Both the position numbers and the translations under genes were made by a program. The notes under the pieces are model-generated. The model had not been told where the DNA came from. It did no database searches and was given only the letters and a program-made list of their open reading frames with translations. From positions 4,653,376-4,717,375 of the forward strand of contig OZ199839.1 in NCBI GenBank assembly GCA_964304625.1: a stretch of DNA of 64,000 nucleotides. The letters run 5' to 3'. Shown here piece after piece: positions 50,207 to 63,639 of the stretch. Origin of the DNA: Kudoa neothunni (taxonomy: Eukaryota > Animalia > Cnidaria). The number at the start of each line of letters is the position of its first letter. The first letter of the stretch is position 1.

Positions 50207-53200
50207 CAGTCAAACCTCGATATTGCGAAGTAAATCGAGGTTTCAATTTTGGCAGTGGCTATTGACACGCTAATGAATTTCTCGGCAATCATTAGATATT
50301 TTACATTAGTTAATTTCTAGTATTAATTAGTACATTTTTTCATACAAGATTTGAAACTTATGATAAAAAATATTGAATATTAATATTATACCTATGAGCG
50401 TAGATTTTGGTATTTTCCATCCTTAATGCGACTATATAAGTTTCCAAGGCGCATTTAAACATTTAAGTGAGATAATATTAACTTTTTTTGAAATAAAATA
50501 AGTTCCTTTTAACTACAGAAGAGAAGTTTTAGTTGATAATATCATGTAATTGGGTTGCGAATAGAGTAAGCTTTGATATGTAAATCAGCATAATCATTAT
50601 AGAATAGATAATCTGAATTTGATTATATTGTTTTATTTATTTTGATAAATTTTCAATTTTTAGATCGTTTTCTTGACCATTTAAGAGCGGTTAATCCGTA
50701 TCCTCTGGGTCTCCCAACTGCTTTTACTTTTTTGGGCAATATAAGATCTAAATAATAATTATTACAATAAAAGAAGATGAAAACCTTTTATTCCCAAACA
50801 TTCTGTAGACTTGTCACCAGTTGAGTCATTTTGGGGCTGCGATAATTCGGGAGTTTCCTTTAGTTTAATTGGTGATATGGAGACTACACATGTTTCGGGC
50901 TGGTGGTTACTTTCAGACAAGCCCTTTATGACATTTGCATTCTCACCTAATTTAGTATAATTAACATCTGTAAATAGGTTTAAAGAGTTATCACTCTTAC
51001 AAGGGGATGGTGACTCGACTATATCCGTATCTACATTGCATTCTGTGGATGAATCAAGAATCTTTGCTGACTCTAGAAATAATCATTATGTTAGTAGATA
51101 ATAATGTATACTTATTAATTTCTTTGAACCGACTAGGTTATGGCTTTTAATTATTCTTTCTGAGGTTCGAAAATATTCCACACAGCAGTTGAAATATTCA
51201 CCACAATATTCCGCAGCAATTGTTGCTAATTTGTCTGTATACACATTAGCGGTTTTCATTCGCTTGGAAAAAGTTGAGAGGTTTTCCGAATTCTTCTTTT
51301 TTACTATAGACCCTGTTAAATTGTTTTTTATTGTATTTATTTTAGTATTTTCTTTAATAAATTTTGAAATATGATCTTTTCTCCATCTTAAACGACACAG
51401 TTGGGGTTCGAACAGGGGCATCAATAATTTAAGTCTTAGAGCGAATATGTGTTGGCAGGGCAATTGGTAAGAACGATAGAAGGGGCACGTACAAGAATTT
51501 GAAGTGGAGTCATACTCTATTCCAACATTAAATTTATCTCCCATTTTTTTAATTTCTCTGGTTATTAGTTTAAAAGAAAATGATGTCAAAAGATCGCAGT
51601 AATTTCTTTCTACCTCACTCTCAATATTTAAATGCGTCGATTTTGACAGTTCTGTCACAATATGGCATGTCCTTTCTGTTCTTAGAGAATTTAAAACGGT
51701 GAAAAATTTCTCAAAGAATTCATCTAATCTAGAAAAATTTTTAATGGTGGTCTTTAATTTGGAGTTGAGGCATTCCAATCTATTGTTTGTTAGGTTGTCG
51801 TAATAGTGTCTCGCATCACTCAAAGAAATTATCCATTGTGACCGAATTGGGTCCCAATTTTTTCTGAAATAATCGTTGAAGTCTTCATATTTGTGATTGT
51901 ATAGTTCAGCAAGTAAGATTTGGTATTGCTCTTCGTTTTTTGGAAACATCATTTTTCTAATAATATCTAAAATATTATCTTTGACTTCATTTTTTATCTT
52001 ATATTTAGCAAGTCTCAATTGTCGCTGGAACGTCTGTATTACATGAAATTTACAGAGAATTAATGTAGAATTAGGAAAATGATTTTTCAGAGCTTTACGA
52101 AGTTTTAAATCCTTATCAGTAACAATGGACAGTACTGATTGTTTTATCCACGGTACAATTGATATTAGTTCATCGATATACCAGTTGGTAACAGCTTCAG
52201 CTTCCTCATACATAATGCAGGCACTACCTACATGAGATAAACCCATAGAATCTTCTGAAACCGTTAGATACAGGGGAGCACTACAATTTAAGGAGATAAA
52301 CATTAATAAAAATAGGTTAAATAAAACAAGATAACATTCGTAAAAATTACCGTGAATCTAGTAGTTTTCAGGTTGCATCAACTAAAAGTAGCTCTGGGAA
52401 AAAAGAAAAAACCTTCTTCATTTCATCATCCAGGAATAATATTGAATTAACTTGATTGTTTTCGTCAGCCAATATTCTCACATCACAATTATAATCAACG
52501 TTGAGCAATTGATAAATATAGTTGATATCATTTATTTTATTCGACATATTTATTTTGGAATTGTGTATTGATTTCAATGTAATTTTTTCCCGGTCTCTTG
52601 TTGGATTTTAGATTGCAGCAATTTTTTGTTGACTCCCAAAGAAACTAACTCTGATATTAAATCTTTATTCTTATCCAATTTACGCTGTGGTGGCAAATAA
52701 CTGAAAAAAATTCAAGGATTTCACTTCAAGTGTTTGTCCATCGGGACTAATACTCAAGGATACATGAACCGGACAGTTTCCTTTTAAAGTCTGACATTGT
52801 CTTATACCTTTTGATCGGTATCGATACTGATTGCTAAAATAGCATACATATTTTATTGAATAATAGATTAAATCCTCATTGAACGCTTTAATGAGAATTC
52901 GCTTGATATTGCTAATTTTTTTGGAATCTCGCGTCGTTAGGTTGCTGTAAGTCTTCTGTTCGTATAATTTTATGGAATCTCCAAGATGCTTAAATGAGGT
53001 AAACTTTTTACCCACTTCAAAAATATCAGTTCCTATGTTATCCTCCATCGCACTTGTTTGCGCAGGAGTTATCTGTGTAAAACTTAAATATTTCTTTTCA
53101 GCTAAGTAATTTACATTCGACCTGATAGTTAATGAATTATATTTGAAAAAAAACTAACAATATGAAGTGTCATGAGTTGTTAGATACGGCTTAATAAACA

Positions 53201-55564
53201 TTAAACAGAATAAATTGTTTGATATATAAACAAAATTAAATATTGGGTTATATGTTTGTATTACTAATTAATTTGGCAGACATCAGTGATTTCAAGCCAT
53301 GAGGTCTTGATGCCTAAACACCGCTTACCTTTTCATTATGATAATAACCAACCTTGAAAATTTGAAATAAATTTCATCTTCAAGCATTATAACTTCTATA
53401 GTTAACATTATCTAACTTTATACATGCTTTAACGGTCCAATATTCCTTGATTATGTCAGCATTTACATGTGGAAAATTCAACGATGAGTATTTAACAGGA
53501 AATTTAAAAATTATTTAGGAATAATTATGATTAAAAAATTAATGAATAGCAGAGATACAAATAATTCAAGAATTTGGAGAAATTCATTAGCGTGTCAATA
53601 GCCACTGCCTTCAATTTTACTACTACGCGATACCGATACTCGCGCGTGCGCACTGAAGGGAAATTGTATTTTTATGATTTAACCTATTTTTTAGGCATAC
53701 AATCCAGAAATGAAAATGTAAGTTAATTGTTAAATGAGTTGTCTTATTTTTTGTGAAAAAAGTCCGTTATGGTAGTTCGGAGTTCTCTTTTTTTAGTATT
53801 GAGATCAGTCGGTCCATTACAGGGTGTAGGTCGAATAAACCTTCAGGTTCTTTTGCGATAAAAGTTTTCCTTAAAGTTTTTATTTCTTCCCTAATTTTCT
53901 TTGTAGGGACCTTTTTTATAGCTTTGTCTGTTTCATCATTTTCATTATCAGATATATCATCTATGTCGCTATTAATGACGGGAGAGGAGTTTGCTTCATC
54001 GTGAACTTTTTCGTTAATTTCAGAAGATGATACATCATCAAATGAGTCTAGTTAATTTTAGAAAAATAATTTTTGATAAAATACCTTCATTAATGTTATC
54101 ATATTCTTGAATTTTTTGAATAGCTGTTGATGCTATCAAACATATATTTATAATTTTAATCAAAAATTACCTTCATCAAAAACACCTGACTTTTTAAAAC
54201 AACTAATAATTGTTTCCTTCGAAACATTATTCCAAGCATTTTTTAACGTTTTTAAACAGTCGAATAAAGTATGGTTTTTTAATATTAATTCATTATCATC
54301 CAATACACTAATCGAATGGAGAATTTTTTTTATAGTTGCTTTTTAATGAGTTAATTATTCCTAAATCGCAAGGCTGTAATATTGATGTAGTATTCTTCGG
54401 CAAAAATAAAAATTTAATATTTTCTAGACCGTCCATGTCTTTAGGGTGGGAGGGGCATTGATCCAATAAGATTCAAACTTTTCTATTCTCTTTTTCAAAA
54501 TATTGTTAAATTTTTTCATAATTTAAAAAAAATAGAGGCATTCATCCATGAGTTTTTCTGTGAAAAATATTCAATTGGTAGATGGGATATATTATTAAAA
54601 CAACGAGGCTTCTGATATTTACCAATTACAAATAATGGTAATTTTGAACCATCTAAGGCCGCAGATACTAAAACCGTAACACGCTTCTTGGACACTTCAG
54701 ATTCTCGGACATCTTGTTCTGCTTTTAAAATACGTAAGTTCGCTTATTAATTTGTTGGTAAAAAAGCGCAGTCTCATCAACATTAATAATATTTTTTGGA
54801 TCGTAACTTTGCAGAATATCTTTATTCTCAAATTTCCAAGCATATATTGAAGAAGAATCAGCACTAGATGCTTCCCCGTGAAGTCTTACGGAACGAAGTC
54901 CAAATCTATTTTTTAAGCAAGCCAGCCATCCTCTACTTGCATTAAAATTGTCGATATTCTTTTCTTTGGCGATTGACAATGCTTTTGCTATTATAATTTC
55001 GCCGGAAATCTGTTTTTTATTATTTCGGGCATTTACGATCCAATTATAAACTTCGGTATCGACATCTTCATGTTTACCGCTAGAAAATCGCTTGCTCTTG
55101 TTAGAAATATTGGAATCAGTAATTTTGTGTTCCATTGAGAGAATTCTATTGAGAGTTGAATATTCCTAACAAAGATTATCGTTAATATTAATATAAAGTA
55201 AAAACATTTGAGTACTTAGTCCAAATTTCATTACGGTCATTTTTTTTGCACGTTTAATTGATTTAATTGAATTATAGTAACTAATAATTTTATTCTCCTC
55301 ATCAATACCTCGCTGCACTCTCGACATTGTCAATTTTACTGCGCATTATCGAATCAAACGCGCAATCCGGACTTTGAATTTACTACGCAATGCAAAATCA
55401 CTTCGCAATATCGAATAATATACGCCTTCTTTTATTTAAAAAATTTTTTCTTCACGATAATTTTATAATATTAGCATTAATATATCTAATATATTTTCCA
55501 TTTTAACTAAAATAGAACAAATACAAGAGATATTGGGCTACTACGCAATACCGAGGCACGACTG
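50207..55564 (-). mobile_element. Tigger/pogo transposon (transposase about 53740-55330) with short introns, interrupted by a MULE
   Basis: TA TSD. TIRs cagtcaaacctcgatattgcg / cgcaataccgaggcacgactg. CENP-B HTH ASRGWL..LKNRFG, LHGEASS, INVDETALFY, LQPCDLGII. Confidence 0.92.
50251..53609 (-). mobile_element. SWIM-domain MULE (ZSWIM3-like) nested in the Tigger
   Basis: Perfect 33-bp TIR ggcagtggctattgacacgctaatgaatttctc, perfect 9-bp TSD ttcaatttt. LLVDAT, VTDKDL, LCKFH, TNNRLECLN, SWIM CTCPF...LPCQH. Confidence 0.96.
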
Positions 55565-55906
55565 TATACACATTTTTTTTTCGCAAATTTAGGATTAAGG
55601 GGTTATGCTTGGATTACGCAGGGTCCACACTTCACGATCAATGCCTAATAATTTAGTATTGTATAAAAAATTTATATTTTAAACAAACAATTTTTTCATA
55701 AGCCGAATGAACTGAATGAAATTCAGGGTTCAAATAATTAAACGGGTTTCTATCGACTCTTTAAACTCCAGATAAACACATCATTTATGTTATTGTGAGA
55801 AATTACCTTCTATAATGAATAGCAAATCGAAGTTCGCTTATCTTTTAAAGCCAAAAATAGCTACAAGATAAATTATTAGTTATCTTGAACATGAGCATGT
55901 GCAGTC

Positions 55907-58900
55907 ATGCGTATTACAACAAATAATTTTAACATGCGTGGACGTTTTTATCAAACTTTTAACAAATTTAAAAATTTTCTACCTATTTTAACAACGTTTA
56001 AAAAACGATTCAGAAGCCAATCTTCTCTAACAAATTTCTTATATTATGCTATTGGATGTTCTTCGCTCTGTGGCTCAACTACATGGGTTTTGGCCCAGCA
56101 CAATTATTTCTCCTTAGGTATTGAATTTGTTTGAATTTTCGAATAGAATTGTCTTAGATAAAGAGTTATATGATGCTGTTTCCTACATAAAGGCAAACAA
56201 TGTGACAGCCTTGAAAAAGTAATGTTTGTGAATAATCAAATTTATACGTTTTGTAGTCTTTTAAGCAATAAAAATATTGATATTGATTCAAAAATAATGG
56301 GCGGTTGGAACTTATTGCATATCGCAGTTGTGTCTCAAAATGATGAGTAATTTAAAAAACTTTGATAAAAGTTGTTACACATTTTAGTGCGGTTAAACTT
56401 TTGCTTGAAATGGGAGCGAATCCAAACTGTGTTGATGACTACCAAGGAGCAAGAAAGATGGCCGAAAAAATGCATAAAAATCAAAACCTAGGTATTTTTT
56501 AGTATACATATGATAATGATTTTATTTATCGTTTCTGCAGAGTAAGTAATTTTAAATGTGTTTGTGAATGTCTTTAAGCATTTTAAGAGTCAATAAGTTT
56601 TCATATTGGGGTACAAATTTTTGGTTTTTAAAAAATATTTCTTTTTTGCTAAATTTTTATATATGCTTGTATTTGGTTGCATTAACTACTCTATGGATTT
56701 TAATATATTGTCGATTGATTTGAGTGTTATTTATAAAATGTAGAACTTTTTAAAATATTTTAATAACGGTTACTTTCATCAATATATTACTAATTTAACG
56801 AATAATCTTTATGTAATAAAAAATATCATTTATCAAATGACTTTGCGCATATTTACTCTATCTTGACTAGAATTTGTTGATTTTCCACATATGCTTAGCC
56901 ATGTAAAGACATCAGTTGAGAACATAAGTTTCTGGTGGATATTAGTGCATCTAAATAAAATTAAGGCACTGGCTATTGCTGATTATTCGTATAATCCGTA
57001 TGCAGGGTTGTCTATTGCTACGGGAGGGAATAACTCCAAATCTAAGAACCCATTTAAAATTTGAAAGTCACATTTATAATTGTTGATTTTCGGCCTAACA
57101 TGTTTAACTGTTTTGGAGAAAATTTGAGCTATTGAAATTTCTAATATTGACTATAGATTTCGTGTTTTATGTTTTGTTATGAGTAATGTTAAATACACAT
57201 TTTAATTTTTTACTAATAAAGGTTTCTTTAACTAAAAAACCAAGTGTCAGATATTGTGTTTTATGCACAAAAACGTCCACCTTATTACCTCTGATTGTAC
57301 CTATTATGTTTAATCTAGCTCAGCTAATGTAATATGTTAAAATATGCTTAATTATGTTTTTATAAAATGAAATAATTGTATTTGTTATATATATATATAC
57401 AGTCAAAACCCGTTTATCCGAAATTCGTTTAACCGAAAATCGCACTATCCGAACGATTTTTTAAAATTTATTTGAAATCGGTCTATATCCTAACTGAAAT
57501 TTTTTTTTTGACCGAAAATTCAGTAACCGCAATCCGGAATATCGCATGCTTTTTACAAGGAGAAAAGATTGACAATTGGGATAAGCATTATTGCAGATAT
57601 TCTACGCAACTCCAATAAATGGAATATTATGGAATCTTCGAATCGCATGACATCTGGGGCGGTAAACATGAAAAATTTGAAAAGGCCCTTTACTTGTGGA
57701 TAAATCAAGTTAATGCACAAAACGTGTGGATTAATGGGAATGTTATTGTGGAAAAGGCAAAAGAATTCGCTACCAAGCTCGGAATAGAGAATATTTCCTT
57801 TTCTTCTGGATAGCTTCATCATTTTAAGAAACGACATGAAATTTCGTCTAAATATGTCCAGGGAGAAGCCGGTTCCGTGGTCATTGAAGATGTCGAAAAA
57901 GCAAGAAATGAGCTTAAAGCCGCCTTAAAATCCTACTCTAAAAATGATATTTATAACGCGGATGAAACCGGGTTATTCTATCATCTGGGGCCAAACAGAA
58001 CTCTTCAAGTTTTCACCGATCTGGAACCAAAAATTCGAAAGATCTCATCGCCATACTCTTTTGTGTGAATGCGTCCGGCACACACAAATTAAAACCTTTA
58101 GTGATTGGGAAATCAATGAAACTACGATGTTTCAAACATTTTGATCCAACACATTACGTGACATACAACTCCAACACAAAGGCATGGATGACCTCCATTA
58201 TTTTCGAAGGTTTTTAAAATAATTTAAATTACTTGATGAAGTCCCAAACAGGCACATTCTTCTGTTGCTCGATAATGCAACAAGCCATAAACATGCTGAC
58301 CTCTCTAATGTAAAAATTATGATGTTACCTCCAAACTTAACATCCCACTTGCAACCTCTTGATGCTGGAATAATCAAGCCATTCAAATCAAAATATAGAA
58401 CGTTGGTTACCAAAAAATTTATTGAGCAAATGGAAGATGATAAACTTAATATAAATTTACAAGATGCAGTAAGATTTACTCATGAATCATGGGATTCTGT
58501 TTCTCAGAGTACCATTCAAAATTGTTGGATTCATACTGGAATAGTTTCCGGTAAAGAAGCCATCCCACCTAGTCATTCCACTAATGATGATTCACTAAAT
58601 GATCTTCTAAAAGTTATCCCTGCATGTCGTTACCAATGTGCTAGAGAATATGTAGACTGTGGCAAGGAATTAACAATGGGTGAAATTATTACTGAGGAAG
58701 AAATTATAGAAATTATAAAATATGATGATGATAATAATAATGGTGACGATAACTCTATATCATCTGAAGATCCTGAGGTAGAAATCCCAGTTATTAGTGA
58801 TCGAGAAGCCATTACAGCTATTACCACTACCATAAAATACATTGAACAACCCAGAGCAGAGTTCATGGCTTAGAAAATGAGAGAAAATTAAAAGACGAAT

Positions 58901-61900
58901 TAGTAATACTACTAACGCGATTCAAACAAAATGTAGAAAGGTCTAATTTCGGAAAATTGAAACAAACACTTATAACTGATTATCTGAATAAATAAATACA
59001 TTATCATGTATAATTATATATAAATTAATCTGTCGTAATTTCTCAACATGTTATTGTTTATGCGTTATTACTTTTGTATTTTTTTTAAATCTATTTAAAA
59101 TATCTCTTTCTTTAGAATAAATAAAAAGGCGGAAGCATTGATTAATATGGTTTTACGAACGAAATAATATTTAAGTTGTGCGCATGCGTACTCACCGAAC
59201 CTCGTTTAACCGAAACTTCAGCATCCGAAAGGAAAATGCCAGGTCCCCAGATTTCCAGATAAACGGGGTTCGACTGTATTTGATTTATATATTATATGTA
59301 TTATTACATATCTACAAAGTAATTAAGTATTACTGCTATTCATGGAAAACGATTCGGGCATTCTATGTAGTGAATTCAGTAAATATATTTAAATAATGTT
59401 TAATTGTTTAGTTAAAATCAATATAAAATCTTACTGTTTGCATTTAAATAGTGGTGAGAATAATTCTATCTTCTTAAATGTTATTGCTGCAAATATAGAC
59501 AAATTATTAGTTTTAATAACATAAAAATTAAAAAAACTTAAATTTTACTCTAATGCGTTATCTAAAAATAATGTCCACAATAAAAGTTAACACGTTTTGT
59601 ATTCGTGATTACAGTAACCTGTGTGGGAATCTAAGTTTTCACTGTGGCGTCAATTGTACGATAGAATCCTCTCCTGGATTGTAAGTTGACTTATATAACT
59701 CATTAAAAAGGCATGTTAATCGTTATGAACATCTTTATTCCTGCAAATTAAAAACGAGAGAATTGGGAAAAATACAAAATTCCCTAAAGAAAATTATAAA
59801 ATATTTTAAGGAAACTTTAATTTATTACAAAATAACGTTTGTATTCTTTTTGACTCTATATAAAAAAGAAAACTTAAAGGTAACAAAAATCGTCAACATA
59901 TAGAGGTAACTGCCTCTCTAGCTTTACTTGTTGAGCTAGTAACAATATGGAAAATTTGTCATAATCATATTCTTAAATGAGATACATGATCATCTTTGTA
60001 ATGCGTCGATATACAAATTTCTGCCTCATCAACAGAGTCTATTTCTCAGATAATCATTTTTTTTGGAGTGATATCATTTGGATCTAATAAAAAGCGTATA
60101 CTAAAAATGTTGATATGAAACGGGTAAAAATATCACAGTTAAATCCCTACACGATGTGAAAACAAGAGGAATAATCAACATGGATGTATTTACGACTATC
60201 AATATGTCAACTCACAATTTTAATTGTGATGTTAAAATTCTGAAAAATGACAATAATGCTATTACTTGATTATTTTTGGTTTATCACCTAATGCGACTGA
60301 CTCTTCAATTATGTTGAAAATTTGTGCTAATGTAGGCAATAAATAAACTTTTGAAGTAGCATTGATTGTAAATTCTAATATTTTTGATAAATTCCACAAT
60401 TTTTATTCTTATTAGTGCACGCTTGTCTTAACTACTGCTAACGATCCTATTTGAGAATTTCTCATAAATTATGCATGCGTTTTTTACGAAAAAAGTACAG
60501 CAGACATTGATGGCTTCTTGAACAAAATTTTAGAATGCTTCCCTATTTTAAATTAAAAAATATGTATCGTTGTTACGGTTGAGGACTTAAAGTAAGGGAA
60601 TTTTTGAGAATTGTCTCTTCGAATATCCATTTTTTACCTGTAAACTTTGTGTAATACAAATATTTCAAAGAAAGTTAGCACGAAATAACAACCGATACTC
60701 GAAATAAAATCATTAAAACGTTAACAAATATTAGTTAGAGTTATCATTCCCACCGAAAGAGTGAAAGCAATCGAACAACCTAAAGAACCTAATCTAACAA
60801 TCATTTCTTTTTCTAGAATAAAAACCAATGAAAAAATAATATATTACATATTTAAAATACTAACTGTTTATTTAAAAAAAAGTTTTATTTGAGCACAAAA
60901 ATTGTATCATAATAAGTCTAATACAATATTTCTAACTCATGCGCTTAAGAATTTTCGTAAACTAATAAATTACTTCCTAACTGTTTTAAATTTTCAAATT
61001 ATATAAATATGTCGCCCGTTTAAAATAAGTGAACAATTGCCACAAAATTAAAAACGTTTCTTGACGCACGCTCGTATTAATAGAAGTCAAAATTGTTTGG
61101 TTCATTTGAGTATTCTCCTTATTAACTAATTTTACGAAAACAATTTACATATTAATTTTCCCAAACGTTAAAAATTGAACTAAAGCTAATTTTAACCCAA
61201 AAATCCTTACCTCCTTACGATAATGTATTTTTCTTTAAAATTCTTAATTACATTAGGCTAAAAATCATTACTTACAAATGTGAATTTCAAATTTTGACCG
61301 GGTTCTTAGTTCTTAGATTTGGAGTTATTTCCTCCCGTAGCAATAGACAACCCCCGCATGCAGATTATACGGATCCGTAACAATAGCCACTGCCTAGAAT
61401 TAATTATCGGTTAAGTTTTTAAACCTGAAAAAACTAAGTTATTAAATTTTTACGCTTTCTTATATTTTTTGATAGTCCTTCAAGAACGAATCGCATATTT
61501 TGCTGATTGTTTGAATCCGTATCCTAGTTATATGGGTTTCACACCATTACATTATGCTGCATTTTTGGACGAAAAGAACATAATTGAAATATTAATCCAA
61601 GGAGGTATGCTGTGGTACGTTTCGTGTTACTACCTTAGTTCAACCAGGTGCTAACCCAAATATGAAAAATTCAAATGATGAAACTCCGGCTGATCTCTGT
61701 TTAGTGGATGATACTAAGAAAATCTTGATTAATTATACAGCTAAAGTGATTTTATGGGTTACACTATATTTCTACTTTGCGTAAAGTATGAAGATGCAAA
61801 AATTAAAATCAAAATTTCAAATGAACCCCTACAAACTATTCTAGAAAATAATTTAGTGGGTCAAAAATGTGCTATATCAGCTGTTTCAAATGGTATTTTT

Positions 61901-63156
61901 TACCTTCAAAATAGCGACGCTTTATTAATATTACAGCTGTTTTACGAAAACTTTCTGGCTGGTGCTTACAGGATGGTCCACTAGTTCTGTTGTTTTTGGG
62001 TTCAAGTGGCGTGGGCAAGACTGCAACTGCAAAATTAGTAGCAAAATACGTATCTGGTGACAATAAAAAAGTAAGTTGTATCAGTGGTGCCTACTAATGA
62101 AAAATATTTAGGGTTTTATTCGTTTGGATATGTCTGAGTATCAGGAAAAACACCAAGTGGCGAGAATGATTGGATCACCACCTGGTTACATCGGTTATGA
62201 AGAGGGAGGACAACTTACCAAAATGTTGAAACAATCTCCGAATTCAGTGGTTCTATTTGATGAAGTATCAGTTCATTGTCTTTTCCTGGTCTAAATATTT
62301 TCACACTAGATTGAAAAAGCTCATCCCGATGTTCTTACTATTTTACTTCAACTTTTTGATGAAGTAACCTGTGAACTTAAATGAATATCTGTTTGATAAA
62401 TATACAGGGAAGAATTACTGATTCCAAAGGCGAAACGATTGATGCATCAAACGCAATTTTTATAATGACATCAAATTTGGGAAGTGAAGTTATTCGAGAA
62501 TATGCAACAGAACTAAGAAAGAATCAAAAACTCTCTCCCAATGATAACGATACTATATCATTTTCTCGCGATTTCAAGAACACTTATATTTATCCAATTT
62601 TAAAAGTACAAACAAAAATATAATAGTTAGAATAAACTGTTTACCTAGAGAAATTTAAAAAGGGACGAATTTCTAGGTAGAATTAATGAGGTAGTGTATT
62701 TTTTGCCCTTTTCCACATATGAATTGAAAAAACTTGCTGCACTACAATTAGATAAAGCCACTTATCAAGTTGAATATTTTGTTGAAAAATTTTGTAGTAG
62801 ATATTTCTAGATAAAAAAGAAACACAATATCGAACTTAGCTACACAGACGATGTGCTAGATGTTATAATCAGTGGATTCGACCCAATCTATGGGGCTCGT
62901 TCTATACAAAATCAAGTAAAAATGTTATCACTTAATTTATTTATTTTTATTTCGTAAAATAAAGGTGGAGGTTGTTTTACTCAGTCCACTAGCAAATATG
63001 TTCATTCATGGCCAGTTAGACCACGTCGAAAAAATCATTGTAAGCAAACAAAACGGTGATGATAACAACTCGTTATCTATCGAGACTCTGTACACCGATA
63101 ATTCACAAACTACATCGAACACCATAACCTCAAAGATAACGTCAATATTTTCTTAA
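55907..63156 (+). CDS. CLPB: Mitochondrial ankyrin-repeat AAA+ disaggregase CLPB/Skd3, multi-exon
   Basis: Basic presequence-like N-terminus and a hydrophobic stretch. Ankyrin motifs GWNLLHIAV...LLEMGANPN and GFTPLHYAA...LIQGGANPN. Single NBD: [38 protein letters not shown]|[31 protein letters not shown]. Introns are about 29-45 bp except 56492-61475. Start is 55907 or 55934. Confidence 0.93.
56965..61394. mobile_element. Decayed MULE-type element in the large CLPB intron
   Basis: About 140-bp imperfect TIRs starting ggca(c/g)tggctattg, the same terminus as 50251. TSD taaaattaa/tagaattaa (8 of 9 identical). Confidence 0.85.
57400..59276 (+). mobile_element. Tigger/pogo (TIGD4/6-like) transposon nested in the intronic MULE
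   Basis: TA TSD. TIRs cagtcaaaacccgtttatc / gataaacggggttcgactg. [36 protein letters not shown]. Frameshifts. Confidence 0.95.
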
Positions 63157-63639
63157 TTTTGATGGTTTACATTTACATTGTTAATTTTATTATGCCTGAA
63201 ACTTTTCCGAAATTTAAAATAGCACGTGTATATAGTTTCGGTTTTCAATCAATAAAATATTGCTAAAGAAAATAATACTTGAATTTTTATATTGTACTTA
63301 TTTATTGGTACACAATTAATTATCTGAATATTGGTAAGTAACTCAGGGCGGCTTTTAACAAATTTCCTACCATTTTTACGGAAATATAATTTGTTGGCGT
63401 TCATAGTATGATACAGTATTTCAAGTAGATGAGAACGTGCCTCATCGAGATACTGTTTTAACCCTCCCCTCCCTATCTGGAGTGGGATCCGCATGGAACC
63501 AAATCCGACTAATTTGAACCCCGTTTTGGATGGATAAATTCAAAACATCCATAAATTTCTGAATTCCTCTAAAAATTTAAAAATCATAGATCGATGTAAA
63601 AGTATTACATTTAAAAAAATTAATATTAACTAATATTAA

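Noticed and set aside
24598-55564. Minus-strand bias of TEs as a flamenco-like uni-strand cluster
   Set aside because: 12 of 16 elements are on the minus strand; two-sided binomial p is about 0.08, not convincing without small-RNA data.
63249-63540. Minus-strand ORF as the last exon of a further host gene
   Set aside because: Plausible, but I recognise no family motif and any upstream exons would lie outside the window.
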